Below are positions 1-13,710 of a stretch of DNA of 64,000 nt, one piece after another. Source of the DNA: Octopus vulgaris (taxonomy: Eukaryota); contig OX597835.1 in the NCBI GenBank assembly GCA_951406725.2, positions 9,548,001 through 9,612,000 of the forward strand, read 5' to 3'. Each line of letters opens with the position of its first letter. The first letter of the stretch is position 1. A model generated the notes under the pieces. The model saw only the letters and a list, made by a program, of their open reading frames with translations. It was not told where the DNA came from and searched no databases. Position numbers and translations under genes: made by a program.

Positions 1-65
<65 letters not shown>

Positions 66-121
66 TTATATATATGTATATGTATGTATGTATGTATGTT
101 TGTATGTATGTATGTATTTGA

Positions 122-248
122 AAAAATGATTAGAAATGGGTTTTCTGATATTTCCATTTTAATAATTAGATGTTTATAAATTTAGAAGAGAAAACATCTA
201 ATTATTAAAGTAGAAACATGATCAGAAAAATCATTTCTATTCATTTTT
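122..248. repeat. Imperfect fold-back inverted repeat next to a (TA)n/(TATG)n tract
   Basis: tttaataattagatgttt (158-175) is the exact reverse complement of aaacatctaattattaaa (192-209); imperfect pairing extends to aaaaatga/tcattttt. Confidence 0.8.
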
Positions 249-429
249 AAAGACATGCATGTATACACACACACACACACGTACGCACACACGCATTTTG
301 ATATTACGAAACCAATAACCCGATGCAGTGATCAATATACGCGTGTTTCACGTGTATTGCCTGAATTTAGGCCGGTAATTTGAAAGAGAGAAAGCAAAGA
401 TGTAAATGATTATGCCATGAACTACATCA

Positions 430-511
430 GGTCTTACAGTTGTTTCTGCTATAAGATGCAGTGGGATCATAGTTGAGTGCCTGAATCACACTTTATACCT
501 TCATCGGAGCC
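430..511 (-). ncRNA. Degenerate type I hammerhead-like motif (CCGAUGA core, long stem II insert)
   Basis: Minus strand: ggct CCGATGA [54 nt] GAAA caactg TA agacc. Stem I and stem II are imperfect. The same family recurs at about 47060-47185. Confidence 0.4.
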
Positions 512-833
512 TCGAATACGAAGTGCAATTCATCTCGGAAAGTTTAACACTCGTACCCATAAACGGAATGGCATCAACAAAGTTCATAAGATAATCCTTT
601 ATTCCTTCCTCATCTCCCTTTCTTTATATACATACATATATACATAAAATATATATATGTGTATGTGTATGTGTGTGTGTGCGCGCGTGACGTGACTGCG
701 TGTGTATTCGAGTGGTAATACATGCGCTAGCTGTGCGAAATTACATCATATGGGTTATGCCCCAAGATAGCAGGAGCGTTAAACTCACTGAATTGCATCC
801 GATGGATGTTCAAACAAATCGCTCTCTCTCTCC

Positions 834-1221
<388 letters not shown>

Positions 1222-1672
1222 GTATATAATATATATCACCTTATGTAACCACGCGTGTTTGCGTCGTTGAAACAACTGCAATTTTTTGTTATTTTTCGAT
1301 TTGTTTAATTTCTGAAATGCTAGTTTATAATGGAAGCCACATCATGCTTCAAGATATTGTTTATGCAAACAAAGCATAAATGTGGAGAAATCAAAGCAAA
1401 GAGCAGCAAAGGTTAGAACTGTTCTTAGCTTTTTACATTGAAATTTCCTCTTAAAATAATGAAAACAACTACAGCATAAATACGTACATATATTTTATGC
1501 ATCTCCATATACATATATAAATATGCATGCACCCACACACATTTCCCTACACATACACATACATACAAAAATACATACATAGATACATACACACAAACAT
1601 ACATACATACATACATACAAACATACATACAAACATACATACATACAAACATACATGCATACATACATACAA

Positions 1673-1715
<43 letters not shown>

Positions 1716-2160
1716 GTCTGTACATATATGTATAAATGCTTGTAAATTTGAATTAATAAATTATAATGGAGTTGACGGTCCAGTGAGTGGTGCTTGCTAA
1801 AAAAACAATAAAACTATAATCAGTCCGTCTATAGCTCAGTCAATTTTGTTTTGAATAGATACAACATTAGACTTGATACAGATATGTTTGGTGAACAACA
1901 TTTTTTTGTTTTTCACCGGGAAAAAGGTGTCGCCATATTAAAGTATTTGCTCTTCTCTGCTTGCAACCGCAACCGATTTAATTTTGTTTCTCTTTCCCTC
2001 GCTTCCATAAATATATAATTTTCAGCTTTTGCTGTTTAATGTAATTCGAAGTCAGCTGCAACTGCCTGGGTAGGTCATCAAATGCATTCCAGCTATGACC
2101 ACCATGTATTTCAATAATGATTTCATATCAGTAACATCTTGTCTTCTAATTTAGGAAAAC

Positions 2161-2197
<37 letters not shown>

Positions 2198-2564
2198 GAG
2201 TTTTGATTCAATCTTGCAAATGCGTATTAATGGAATTGATTCTAAATGAAACAGACCAATTTCATTTAGTCTATGTTTTGTTTCCTCTGAACGAAGCCAG
2301 ATCTACAAGCAACAGCATGTTGTTGATTTATACAGTTGTCTGGGTTTTACAACCATTCGTTGAAGCAAGCTAAAGAGAGAGCGTCAACGCAGCCGATAGA
2401 GCGACCAGAAACGGCAACCAATCTTTTCTCGCAAGACAGTTAGTCATACAATGGAAGTTATAAGATTTATTTATGTAACGATGCCACTGAAATCTAGCGA
2501 AGCTACATAAATATTTGTCGCGTAGTATCGACATTACAAATGAGTTTTACTAAATGAGTTGTAG

Positions 2565-2780
2565 GTAACTGTAAACTGGTAGAACCGTTGGCGTGTCTGA
2601 TAAAATGTTTAGCAACATTGCTTCCGGTTTCGTTATGACCTCATATCCCGCAACGTTCAGTTTAGCTTTTTTATTTATACGAGCGATCGGATAAATACCA
2701 GTCATGTATTGGGGGTTGATTCAAACGACGTGCTTCCTCTTCTTGAAAATGCTGGCTGTGAGACAACATTAGAAGTATTA
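2565..2780 (+). mobile_element. Old, diverged SINE family B copy
   Basis: Residual similarity (ctggtagaaccgttggcg...taccagtcatgtattggggg) to the copies at 15063 and 15888. Confidence 0.5.
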
Positions 2781-3427
2781 CTAAAAGTTAAAGAAAAGGG
2801 AAATTTATGTCACATTGGGGCAGTAGAGTAAACGTGTCTTTTCCGACAATGCAAAAGAAAGTTCTTAACCAGAATTCGTTTACATACAGCGTCAGTCTGT
2901 CTGTTAGAGAGAAATAACCGGATTGCATACTTCCCCTGATGTGTCAGCAATGATAGACTTTAAAAGTCTTTGATAATGTCAGGTTTTATTTGTAAGATGG
3001 AAAGGTATTGAATCTTTGTCGAATTCAATCACTCTTAGGAGTCTATTTTAGTTTGGGGTCAGGCTGTCTATCCATACTCCACGCACAAGATGGATGACAT
3101 ATGTTAGTTCCTCTCTGATTTATCGGATATGGTGATGTCCTGAGCACGCAGTGAGCGGTAGACGCTGACTGGGCTGCCAATATCAGATTATATTTGATTT
3201 GCACTGACATGAATGTAACACGAACAATACTGATACACAACATAGATATGTGAACATACATGTGTGCGTGTCTGTATCTATGTGTGTGTAAGCGCACACA
3301 TACACACATGCAGGTATACAAATATGCATACATACACATATACATACATACACACACACATATATATATATATATATGTATATATATATGTGTGTGTGTG
3401 TATGTATATATATATATATATATATAT

Positions 3428-3496
<69 letters not shown>

Positions 3497-4464
3497 CATA
3501 CATACATACAATATACTTGGCACACCAGAATGTAGAAAAACATATTTTTTGAAGACGATGAATTGAGGACATTTGGAAGATAATTTTAGTAGGTCAAACT
3601 ATCACTTGGAGCTTTCCGGATTTATTTGACAGATTTTGCGGTCCTCAACCCATCGTGGTCTAATATTTTCTAACATAAGTATGGATTATGGCATAAAGTT
3701 TTAGATTCGCAAAACTAACGGCTACAATGATAAATGAGAAGAAATGAACGGGTAGATTTCATTAAACTCCATGATCGCTAAATCTTGGATTTCAGATTGA
3801 AATTAAACTTGTAAATGGAGAAATTAAATACGATAAGATATTTAATTGAGAATTCTAAAATTTCCACCAAATCACCGTCCCCTTCACATATTAATAATGA
3901 AGATTAGAAATAGATTGGTTTCAATAAATAATATTAAAATGAAACTAGAAATAGATAATCATGATCAAGAAATATCTTAAAGCTGAATCTCAAGAGAAAT
4001 GTTATTTTAGACTGTAACAGAAGACCTCTAAAAATCATTGCGTTATTTAGAATATAGAGACATGCGTCTACTCTAATCGCTTCAAGGCATCGATCTATAT
4101 ATTTTTAATTATTTATCTCAGATTATTCTATTAAATACAACATTACTGAAATTAGAAAACGAGATATTATCACTTCATATCCTTTTGGCCGGAATAAAAT
4201 CTATTGTGTATCTTAATTTGGCAAATAACAACTTAGTTACAAGCTAATGAGGGTACTTTTATGCAGCCAGTTGACCTGTTAGAAATAGCTGTAGCAATTT
4301 ATACAGAGCACAATTTTACAGGAAACTTGCATATTGTATAACGAACCCCGTGATCGATACCCTAGGGCTAAGAAATAGATTGGATTGTCGCGTATTAAAT
4401 GTCATTGACGGCACAGGTGTCTAAGCGAAATGGACATCCTCTTTCAATATCGCTGTCTGATAAT

Positions 4465-4514
<50 letters not shown>

Positions 4515-4808
4515 CGCATATATATATATAAATTAGAAAACCCCCCCACCTTTTATCAATTCAAAATGAACGATTAAATTACACCATCTAGAAAATTACA
4601 TATAATAGAAATATTAAAATTAAAATAACAATAAAATATCAATAATTAAGTAAATTGCAAAAAATTGATATTGTGTGAAATCTGATTTTGTATTTCTACA
4701 TTGAATTTTTCTCCCTGTAATTTTGGATTAATATTCCCTCAAATAATAATTATTATATATATATATAGGTGAGAAAGTTGGTGTGTGAAAGCACGTGGTT
4801 GGATATAT

Positions 4809-5157
4809 AGAGAATAGTAAAAGGTGAAGAAACTACAGAAGGCTTGTTTTATAAGGTAAAAGAATATATTTAAGTTGTTATGTTAGAAGAATGTTATAAA
4901 ATGTTTTCATACAGTGACATAGTTTTTGAAGAAATTACCGGTTTCGTGTTAACTTTTCAAATTTCTCAAGTGTCTTTACCTACATCATGTTATGTCTTCG
5001 TTATGAAGGGCACTTCATAACGAAGACATAACATCTTCAAAAACTATGTCACTGTATGAAAACATTTTATAACATTCTTCTAACATAACAACTTAAATAT
5101 ATTCTTTTACCTTATAAAACAAGCCTTCTGTAGTTTTTTCACTTTTTACTATTCTCT
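4809..5157. mobile_element. Fold-back (palindromic) PLE/retrozyme-like element between microsatellite tracts
   Basis: The arms are reverse complements around a hairpin with loop ggca (5009-5012). The left arm carries an HHR; the right arm lacks that segment. Confidence 0.75.
4926..4969 (-). ncRNA. Minimal type I hammerhead ribozyme, U3-A8 core variant
   Basis: Minus strand: ttgagaaat TTGAAAA gt-taac-ac GAAA ccgg TA atttcttcaa; identical to the copy at 8296-8339. Confidence 0.65.
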
Positions 5158-5170
5158 CTCTCTCTCTCTC

Positions 5171-5223
<53 letters not shown>

Positions 5224-5229
<6 letters not shown>

Positions 5230-5655
5230 GGACTGAACACGAAAAGTGGACAGTCAACATGCTAGATATAGACGTCAAATCGTCATTCTCCACAAAGAGT
5301 ATGTTCTCAAATAAAACTCAGCACAAAACATTATTATTATCCGCAAGGATAAACTGTAATTACAGTTTATCCTTGCGGATAATAATAATCGAAACTGATT
5401 CAGTACATGGGTAATTATTTTATTTCGTATATTTTCATTTGTCTTGTTTAATGCTTTGGCTTTGTGCTGAGTTTTATTTGAGAGCATACTCTTTGTGGAG
5501 AATGGCGATTTGACATCTATGTCTAGCATGTTGACTGTCCACTTTTCGTGTTCAGTCCTTAATTGGTATATAAAAATATTTTAATCTTCGGATTCTTTTT
5601 AATATGCTAGACCACTGGTTTTAATTGACTAATATCAATTTCTACCCTTAATTAA
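5224..5655. mobile_element. (TA)n-embedded fold-back element with about 104-bp inverted arms and a 60-bp perfect palindrome
   Basis: 5224-5327 is the near reverse complement of 5461-5564. 5330-5389 (attattattatccgcaagg...ccttgcggataataataat) is self-complementary. (TA)n lies on both sides. Confidence 0.75.
5369..5412 (+). ncRNA. Degenerate minimal hammerhead-like motif
   Basis: atccttg CGGATAA taataatc GAAA ctgattcag TA catgggt: stem I 6/7 paired, good stem III, two core mismatches, stem II decayed. Confidence 0.4.
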
Positions 5656-5661
5656 TTATAT

Positions 5662-5692
<31 letters not shown>

Positions 5693-5892
5693 CTTCTTTA
5701 CATGTTTGTTATTTTTATGCACACTGTCCTAAGCGTTTTGGGGCCCCTAACAACATATACCACATTTCCATAATTTTTTTTTTACTTATTTATACCAAGG
5801 GTTTTATGAGGTCAGAGGGCAAATCCTCCCTCACAGTCGTGAGTGTGTCACCCTAACCACCCGGCCCCTGGCATATTTATTCAATATTTCTG

Positions 5893-6268
5893 TGGCATAA
5901 CTGGGAGGTTAAGAATCTCGCTTTACCACCATCTGGTCAGAGGTTGACCCTTATTGAGCGTCACAATGGGCCAGATTCTTCCCACTATATTTCTAGGTTC
6001 ACCAATGCCTTGTTTGTCAGTTTTGTAGAAGGGAACTATGTGTATATAAGTGTTTCTTTGCTTACGTTTCTCTCCTACCACCACTTCATAGTCAGGGTTG
6101 ATTTGTTTACGTCTAGTTAACCTACTTTTCTAACAAAATGTAGAATAAGTACAGAACATTAAAAAAAAACTTCAGTACCGTGCCCAATTGATTTCTCTCC
6201 TCCTTAGCAGGGTTTGTCACAGCATGGCTGCCGTGCATGCAATGACTGCAACAATTAAAAGAGGGAAG
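5893..6268 (+). mobile_element. Old, diverged SINE family A copy
   Basis: Residual blocks accaatgccttg, gtttacgtc, tagaataagtac, cagcatggctgc and aatgactgcaaca occur in consensus order. Confidence 0.55.
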
Positions 6269-6501
6269 ATAATTTATCTATAAAGAATCCCTTTAGAATT
6301 TTCCAGTAAAATAGTCAATTGCCTGCGGTTCTTTTTTTTTTTTTTTGTATTTTCAAATTCGTGTTTGATATATTTTTTTCCGTGTTCTTTATAAAGCACA
6401 CACACACACACACACACACAGACACACACAAACACGTAAACACACACACACAAAAATACACAAACACAAACATACATACTCACAAAATCATAAACACGTA
6501 T

Positions 6502-6541
<40 letters not shown>

Positions 6542-7009
6542 GTATGTATGTATGCATGTGTGTACTCGCAAAATCATAAACACGTATACATATATATATA
6601 TATATATATATACATACATACATACATACATATATATATATATGTATGTATGGATGGATGGATGGATGGATGTGTGTGTGTGTGTGTTTGTTTGTTTGTG
6701 TGCATAATACGAATGTAATGTTCTTTTAGTTGGGTAGAGTTCATGTTTAATGACAGAGATGTTTGCGAAAAGACTCTTTGAACCAGCACCAAACGCTTAG
6801 TTCCAGAACAACACAGTAATAATAAAAAATGAAGTGAAATCAATATCGTATAACATTTCGATGGATGGTACAGCATTTATAGTATCTATTTTTAAGTTAT
6901 ACAATTTTACCATTTTATAGATTTGGAAATGTTCAACAACTACTTAAGAGAAGACACACGCGCTCATACACATAAGAGTGTGTATACATACATGTATATA
7001 TATATATAC

Positions 7010-7058
<49 letters not shown>

Positions 7059-7083
7059 AATATATACACATACATATGTATAC

Positions 7084-7341
7084 ACAGAATTTATAGTCAA
7101 AGTATCCTTCTATAGGGGATCAGTAAAAACACAGCACTGTGCTGTGTTTTTACTGAGATCCCCTTTTAGTAGAAGGAATAGCTATATCTCTTGACTGCTA
7201 TTTCTAAATATTCGTTGCTAAACCCTTAATTACTTAGTATTACTTAAATTTTCCTCGAATGGGGATTTTACATGCCGAAATCTACTTGGTGTAATTGATA
7301 ATTATCCCTAATTAATTAATTTCACCCTTTATTATTACTGA
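7084..7341. mobile_element. (TA)n-embedded element with fold-back hairpin and long flanking direct repeat
   Basis: 18-bp perfect arms at 7120-7137 and 7139-7156 with imperfect extension; tatacaaatatatacacatacatatgtatac is repeated at 7053-7083 and 7362-7392. Confidence 0.6.
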
Positions 7342-7399
7342 TATATATATATATATATATATATACAAATATATACACATACATATGTATACTTATATG

Positions 7400-7443
<44 letters not shown>

Positions 7444-7750
7444 GGAGAGAGAGAGGGAGAGAGAGAGAGTAGTTGTACAACAGGGCACCAATGTTTACTG
7501 AAAATAGCAGTCGATAAATTTATGACGCTAAAGTAAAGCTTTACTGTGCATATACAGGCAAAGGAGTGTGAGGTCAGCGAACGCCAAAAATTTCGTCTTA
7601 CCTCTAGGAAAAACATTACACAAATGGACGACATTTTAAGTGTTGCTACATCAATGCCAGTATTCTCGTCTGAAAGCCTAGCCGTTAACAGAACCGAGAA
7701 CATAAATACATAAATACATACATACATATATACATACATACATACATACA

Positions 7751-7786
<36 letters not shown>

Positions 7787-7806
7787 TATGTGTATATATA
7801 TATATA

Positions 7807-8104
<298 letters not shown>

Positions 8105-8243
8105 GAACATTAAGATGTTCGTAGCTTTATAATATACGTGATGTATGGCTACGAAGTTTTGTACTCTACACGCCGAGAATAAAAAGGTTAAACGTTTTAA
8201 ACGTTTTAAATGTCCGAAGCCAATAGTGTCTGCAATACGAAAT

Positions 8244-8495
8244 GTTATGAAGTGCCCTTCATAACGAAGACATAACATGATGTAGGTAAAGACACTTGAG
8301 AAATTTGAAAAGTTAACACGAAACCGGTAATTTCTTCAAAAACTATGTCACTGTATGAAAACATTTTATAACATTCTTCTAACATAACAACTTAAATATA
8401 TTCTTTTACCTTATAAAACAAGCCTTCTGTAGTTTCTTCACCTTTTACTATTCTCTATATATCCAACCACGTGCTTTCACACACCAACTTTCTCA

Positions 8496-8568
<73 letters not shown>

Positions 8569-8745
8569 ATTATTATTTGAGGGAATATTAATCCAAAATT
8601 ACAGGGAGAAAAATTCAATGTAGAAATACAAAATCAGATTTCACACAATATCAATTTTTTGCAATTTACTTAATTATTGATATTTTATTGTTATTTTAAT
8701 TTTAATATTTCTATTATATGTAATTTTCTAGATGGTGTAATTTAA
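8244..8745. repeat. Near-identical inverted duplicate of 4574-5021
   Basis: The reverse complement matches by eye throughout, apart from the length of the internal (TA)n tract. Confidence 0.9.
8296..8339 (+). ncRNA. Minimal type I hammerhead ribozyme, U3-A8 core variant
   Basis: Stem I ttga-gaaat/atttc-t-tcaa, core UUGAAAA (8305-8311), stem II GU-UAAC-AC, GAAA, palindromic stem III ACCGGU, predicted cleavage GUA| after 8329. Confidence 0.65.
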
Positions 8746-9039
8746 ATGTTTACATTGTATTCGATGCATTCAGTTCAATCGTATGAGACTCTCATCTCCA
8801 CTTTGCACGCCTATAATTTCGTTAACTGCACTCAATTCCCAATACTTTCGCCTTCATTCAATCGTTCGCTCGGTTAATTGAGTCACTCTCTACATCACTA
8901 AGACACATGTGCAAGTATTACATTAAATATTTCCTCACTACAAATACAGTTAAATACACAGAGCTGATTTTTCTTTCCTTGGTTAGATTACTTGCCGCAA
9001 GCAAGTGTCCTTTACAGTGGGACGATATTCTTATTCTCA

Positions 9040-9428
9040 GTGGAGGCGCAATGGCCCAGTGGTTAGGGCAGCGGACTCGCGGTCATAGGATCGCGGTTTC
9101 GATTCCCAGACCGGGCGTTGTGAGTGTTTATTGAGCGAAAACACCTAAAGCTCCACGAGGCTCCGGCAGGGGATGGTGGTGATCCCTGCTGTACTCTTTA
9201 ACCACAACTTTCTCTCACTCTTACTTCCTGTTTCTGTTGTACCTGTATTTCAAGGGGCCGGCCTTGTCACTCTCTGTGTCACGCTGAATATCCCCGAGAA
9301 CTACGTTGAGGTTACACGTGTCTGTGGAGTGCTCAGCCACTTATACGTTAATTTCACGAGCAGGCTGTTCCGTTGATTCGGATCAACCGGAACCCACATC
9401 GTCGTAACCGACGGAGTGCTTCGAACCA
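9040..9428 (+). mobile_element. Full-length tRNA(Arg-like)-derived SINE family C with 13-bp TSD
   Basis: tRNA-like head (tggcccagtggtt...ggtttcgattccc); TSD attcttattctca at 9027-9039 and 9429-9441; highly similar copy at 56124-56507. Confidence 0.92.
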
Positions 9429-10169
9429 ATTCTTATTCTCATGCATTTATACCTAAAAGAATCAGAACTAGTGGGGGAAAAATTCATGGATTAATGTGAT
9501 TCTAAAAGCTATTAAAATTTATTCTGAATTAAGAGGCCGGGTTGGTAGTGGTGATGATGCAGTGTATAAGCGCAAAATACATCAGAAGAATTGACAATAT
9601 TTTACTCCATGCTACGCTTTTAATATCATTTATCTGAAATGAAATTACCCATTTCCATTGTAAAGAGAAGAGAGCAAGCAGCACTTGTAGAACGTCAATG
9701 ATATGGCGAATGTCCAAGTGCAGAATGTTCTAAGCAGAAAACAAAAAGAAGCAAATCTCATTTGCATGAGAGGAGGAAGAGCAACTTGTCAATTTCACGA
9801 AAGCTTAGCGTTCAACAGGGATTACCTTTGAGAACAAGCTATTGTGTGTGTGTCTGTGTGTCCTTGCATATACATGTATGTATGTATAGATGGATGGATG
9901 GATGGATGGATGGATGGATGGTCACAAAGAAAGTCCCAAAGATCCATTATTAGAATGTAGATCACAAAAACAAATTGAAATTTCTTCATTTTTTTTTTGT
10001 TTGTGCGGGTATATCATATTTTAGACCGTTGTGGCCACTGAATGACACCTCGCGGAAAGATAATACCTGGAAGACATTTCTTTGCAGCAGTTGCCCGTGG
10101 TATTGTTGCTGACCTCAATCTTGGTATTGTACGGCCTACATTTCCTGTCTATCAGTGTTTTCTGCCTTT

Positions 10170-10790
10170 TATGTATGTATGTGTGTATGTATGTATGTAT
10201 GTATATATGTATGTATGCATGCATGTATGTATATATGTATGTATGTATGTATGTATGCATATATGCATGTATGCATGTATGTATGTATGCATGTAGGCAT
10301 GTATGTATGTATGTATGTATGTATGTATGCATATATGCATGTATGCATGTATGTATGTATGTATGTATGTATGTATGTATGCATGTATGCATGTATGTAT
10401 GTATGCATGTATGTATGTATGTATGCATATATGCATGTATGCATGTATGTATGTTTGTATGTATGCATGTATGCATGTATGTATGTATGTATGCATGTAT
10501 GCATGTATGTATGTATGTATGTATGTATGCATGTATGTATGCATGTATGTATGTATGTATGCATGTATGTATGTATGTATGTATGCATGTAGGCATGTAT
10601 GTATGCATGTATGTATGTATGTATGAATGCATGTATGCATGTATGTATGTATGGATGTATGTATGTATGTATGAATGCATGTATGCATGTATGCTTGTAT
10701 GTATGTATGCATGTATGTATGTATGTATGTATGTATGCATGTATGTATGTATGTATGCATTTATGTATGTATGTATGTATGTATGTATAA
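10170..10790. repeat. Long (TATG)n/(CATG)n compound microsatellite
   Basis: Read directly; it accounts for the 200-260 aa MYVC/HTYI pseudo-ORFs. Confidence 0.95.
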
Positions 10791-11287
10791 ATATATGTGT
10801 ATATATCACGTGATCACGTGACCGACCAGACCATCAGATGTTGTTACATATCGCTGGTCACAATGCGTTCGCATTGTTTTAGCCTTCGAATGACGCCACC
10901 CCGCTGGCTAAGCGAGCAGGCCATGTGTATATATAGTGAAAGATATATATATATATATTTCTCGTTGTCTGTAAAAGCAGTAGGGTAGATGAAATTCCTT
11001 AACAATAGATATCGACTATTCCGAAAGAAGTAGCGTTTCTCCAGTTCAGTGAATAAAGTTAGTAAATGACTAAAAGAATTCGTGATGCTATGGAGATAAA
11101 TACCCACGTCCGTTATCTGAAACATTTGACGATATGCTCAGTCAAAAAATAGTAAAACCATTTCCTAAATAAATTTTCAGGCTTACATAAAAAAAAGAAA
11201 CAAAAACACACGAAATGGTATTTTCTGCAAAGTAAACGATGTTTGTAAGGAAGGAATAGAAAAATGGAAAGAATAAGAGTTCGTGTA

Positions 11288-11328
<41 letters not shown>

Positions 11329-11527
11329 GTGTGTGTGTGTGTTTGATGGTATTGTGTTCGGTAAGGAAATGTCAATTGCAGACGATGCATATCTGTTGTT
11401 GTAAATACAAAATATAATAACGATTTACTGAAATTATCGACAAAACCATATAAGGACATCTTTTCACATCAGAGCTATTTTTCAAATGGAGAAACGGAAT
11501 GACACTTAGATACTGATATACGACTGT

Positions 11528-11628
<101 letters not shown>

Positions 11629-11710
11629 CATTACATTATATAAAAGGGCTTAGTAAAATAAATTACTTTGCCACATACTGAACTCTAATTAATTTTACCC
11701 TCAATTGTTG

Positions 11711-11761
<51 letters not shown>

Positions 11762-12507
11762 TTAGATAGATAGATAGATACATACATACATACATACATA
11801 CATACATACACATCTTTACTCCTAGATAGATTAAAAACGGAGAGGATGTGAAAAACTTGGATTGAGTGTCGGTGGTTGCTATATTTGGTAATACATCGCC
11901 ACCTGCAGCCTCCCACGTTATCTACGGTTGTTTTTAAGTGGCAAATACAAAATCTAAATAAAGGAAGATGTACAGAAGCCTTTTTTTGCAGAACTTCTTG
12001 GAGGTCAGCTATGGAATTCTCACTATCTTTCAAGCGATGTGTGCCAAGATACATTACCACAATTAACCCGAATTTCCGACGCATGCGCACAAACACACGT
12101 ACTGATATGTATATGTCGGTTGTATTCTGTGTACGTTTGATCTATGAATGTAAATATCAATTTATTTTTTTACTTAAATATACATGAAAATCTTCAGTCT
12201 ATGTTTCGTTTCTGTTCGCATGTATGCACATGCATACACACAAACACACACACACATGTGTATATATATGCATATATATATAAATAATTATAAATATATA
12301 TATATATATTTATATATATGTATATATATATATATATAGCCGAAATTGCGAAGATGATCCGGTTCTTGACTGAAGATTGAAGGCTTCGAATGTCCCGTCC
12401 GTGTTTTTTGTATCGTCTTCTAAATGTTCCACGTTCTTGTCCCAGTTTGTATTTTTTTACATTTACATATATATATAATGGATTTGTTGGGCGGAAACTA
12501 GTTCGTC

Positions 12508-12550
<43 letters not shown>

Positions 12551-13024
12551 ATCTGTGTGTGTTTGTGTGTGTGTGTGTGTGTGTGAGTGTGTGTGTGTGA
12601 GTGTGTGTGTGTGTGTGTGTCTATATTTGTTCTCCCGCTATCGACTGACACACAGAGTGTGATTTAGACCAGTCGAACAAAAGACGGCTTTGAGGGTCAA
12701 GCAGACGAGAATAATGGGTAATGGTTAGAAAATGTCTTGAAGGATGGAGGACGGAGAGATAGAGAATTTGCGAATTCTCAGCTCTGAGAAAAAAAGAAAA
12801 AGGGGGACTGGGCGTTGGTCACTTGACAGCAGCAGGCATAGGAGAAAGACAGGATTTTTTTTTTTAATTTGTGTTTCAAGAAAAAGAAACTCACATGCAC
12901 ATACACATCGCATGTCCGATTATAAACGTATTTATCGCTGTATCTTTTTATGGTCCTCTTCTGGCTTGTAAATGGCCTCCACCCTGGCTTGACAATGGCC
13001 TGGCAGAGGAATGTAGTTAAGTAG

Positions 13025-13145
13025 AGTACATCAGCCCCAGTGCTCAACTTGTACGTATTTGATCGACCCCGAAAGAATGGAAGGCAAAGTCGGCTTCTGT
13101 GGAATTTAAACTCAGAACAAATGGACGGACGAAATACCGCTAAGC
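13025..13145 (-). mobile_element. SINE family B fragment
   Basis: atcgaccccgaaagaatggaaggcaaagtcgg...gaaataccgctaagc matches the reverse complement of the family B core. Confidence 0.75.
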
Positions 13146-13554
13146 CCCCTTGTCCTGTAGTGGACTGAACATGGGCAATCTAATTCAGTCCTATTCTAAT
13201 ACACGAATGAGTTGTCGTGATGAGAACCTCGTACGGCCAGACATATTCTTTCCAATAAATCCGATGCTAACACAGATATTGCAAATGGGGGCCGCCATTA
13301 CTGTCTCCATTGCAAGAAAGAAGTGGTTCCTGATGTCGACATATATATGGTAACCAGGTTAACTGATATCGATATTGTTCTTTGATTTGCTTGTTTGTTC
13401 TATTTTCTGGCTTTCTTATGTTTTGGATCGAAGATCTCTCGTGTAAATAAACCATGAGGAAGAAGGCACATTATAATCATTTCCGCTAAGATGGTATGTC
13501 TAAGCGAGCGTGCACAATCACACATGCATGCACAGAAATGGAAATACATACGTT

Positions 13555-13650
<96 letters not shown>

Positions 13651-13672
13651 ATATATATATATATTTATATAC

Positions 13673-13710
<38 letters not shown>

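Noticed and set aside
9040-9115. tRNA-Arg-like sequence (also at 56430-56507 and 57448)
   Set aside because: It is the head of a SINE with a long body and TSDs, not a standalone tRNA gene.
10021-10813. ORFs of 200-260 aa on both strands, and the many YI/CV/HT/LSIY ORFs across the window
   Set aside because: They are translations of stop-free microsatellites, with no domain content or splice context.
12338-12510. TA-embedded segment containing CTGAAGA
   Set aside because: Followed by GAAT rather than GAAA, with no consistent stems I or III. It is probably a repeat fragment, but an HHR is not supportable.
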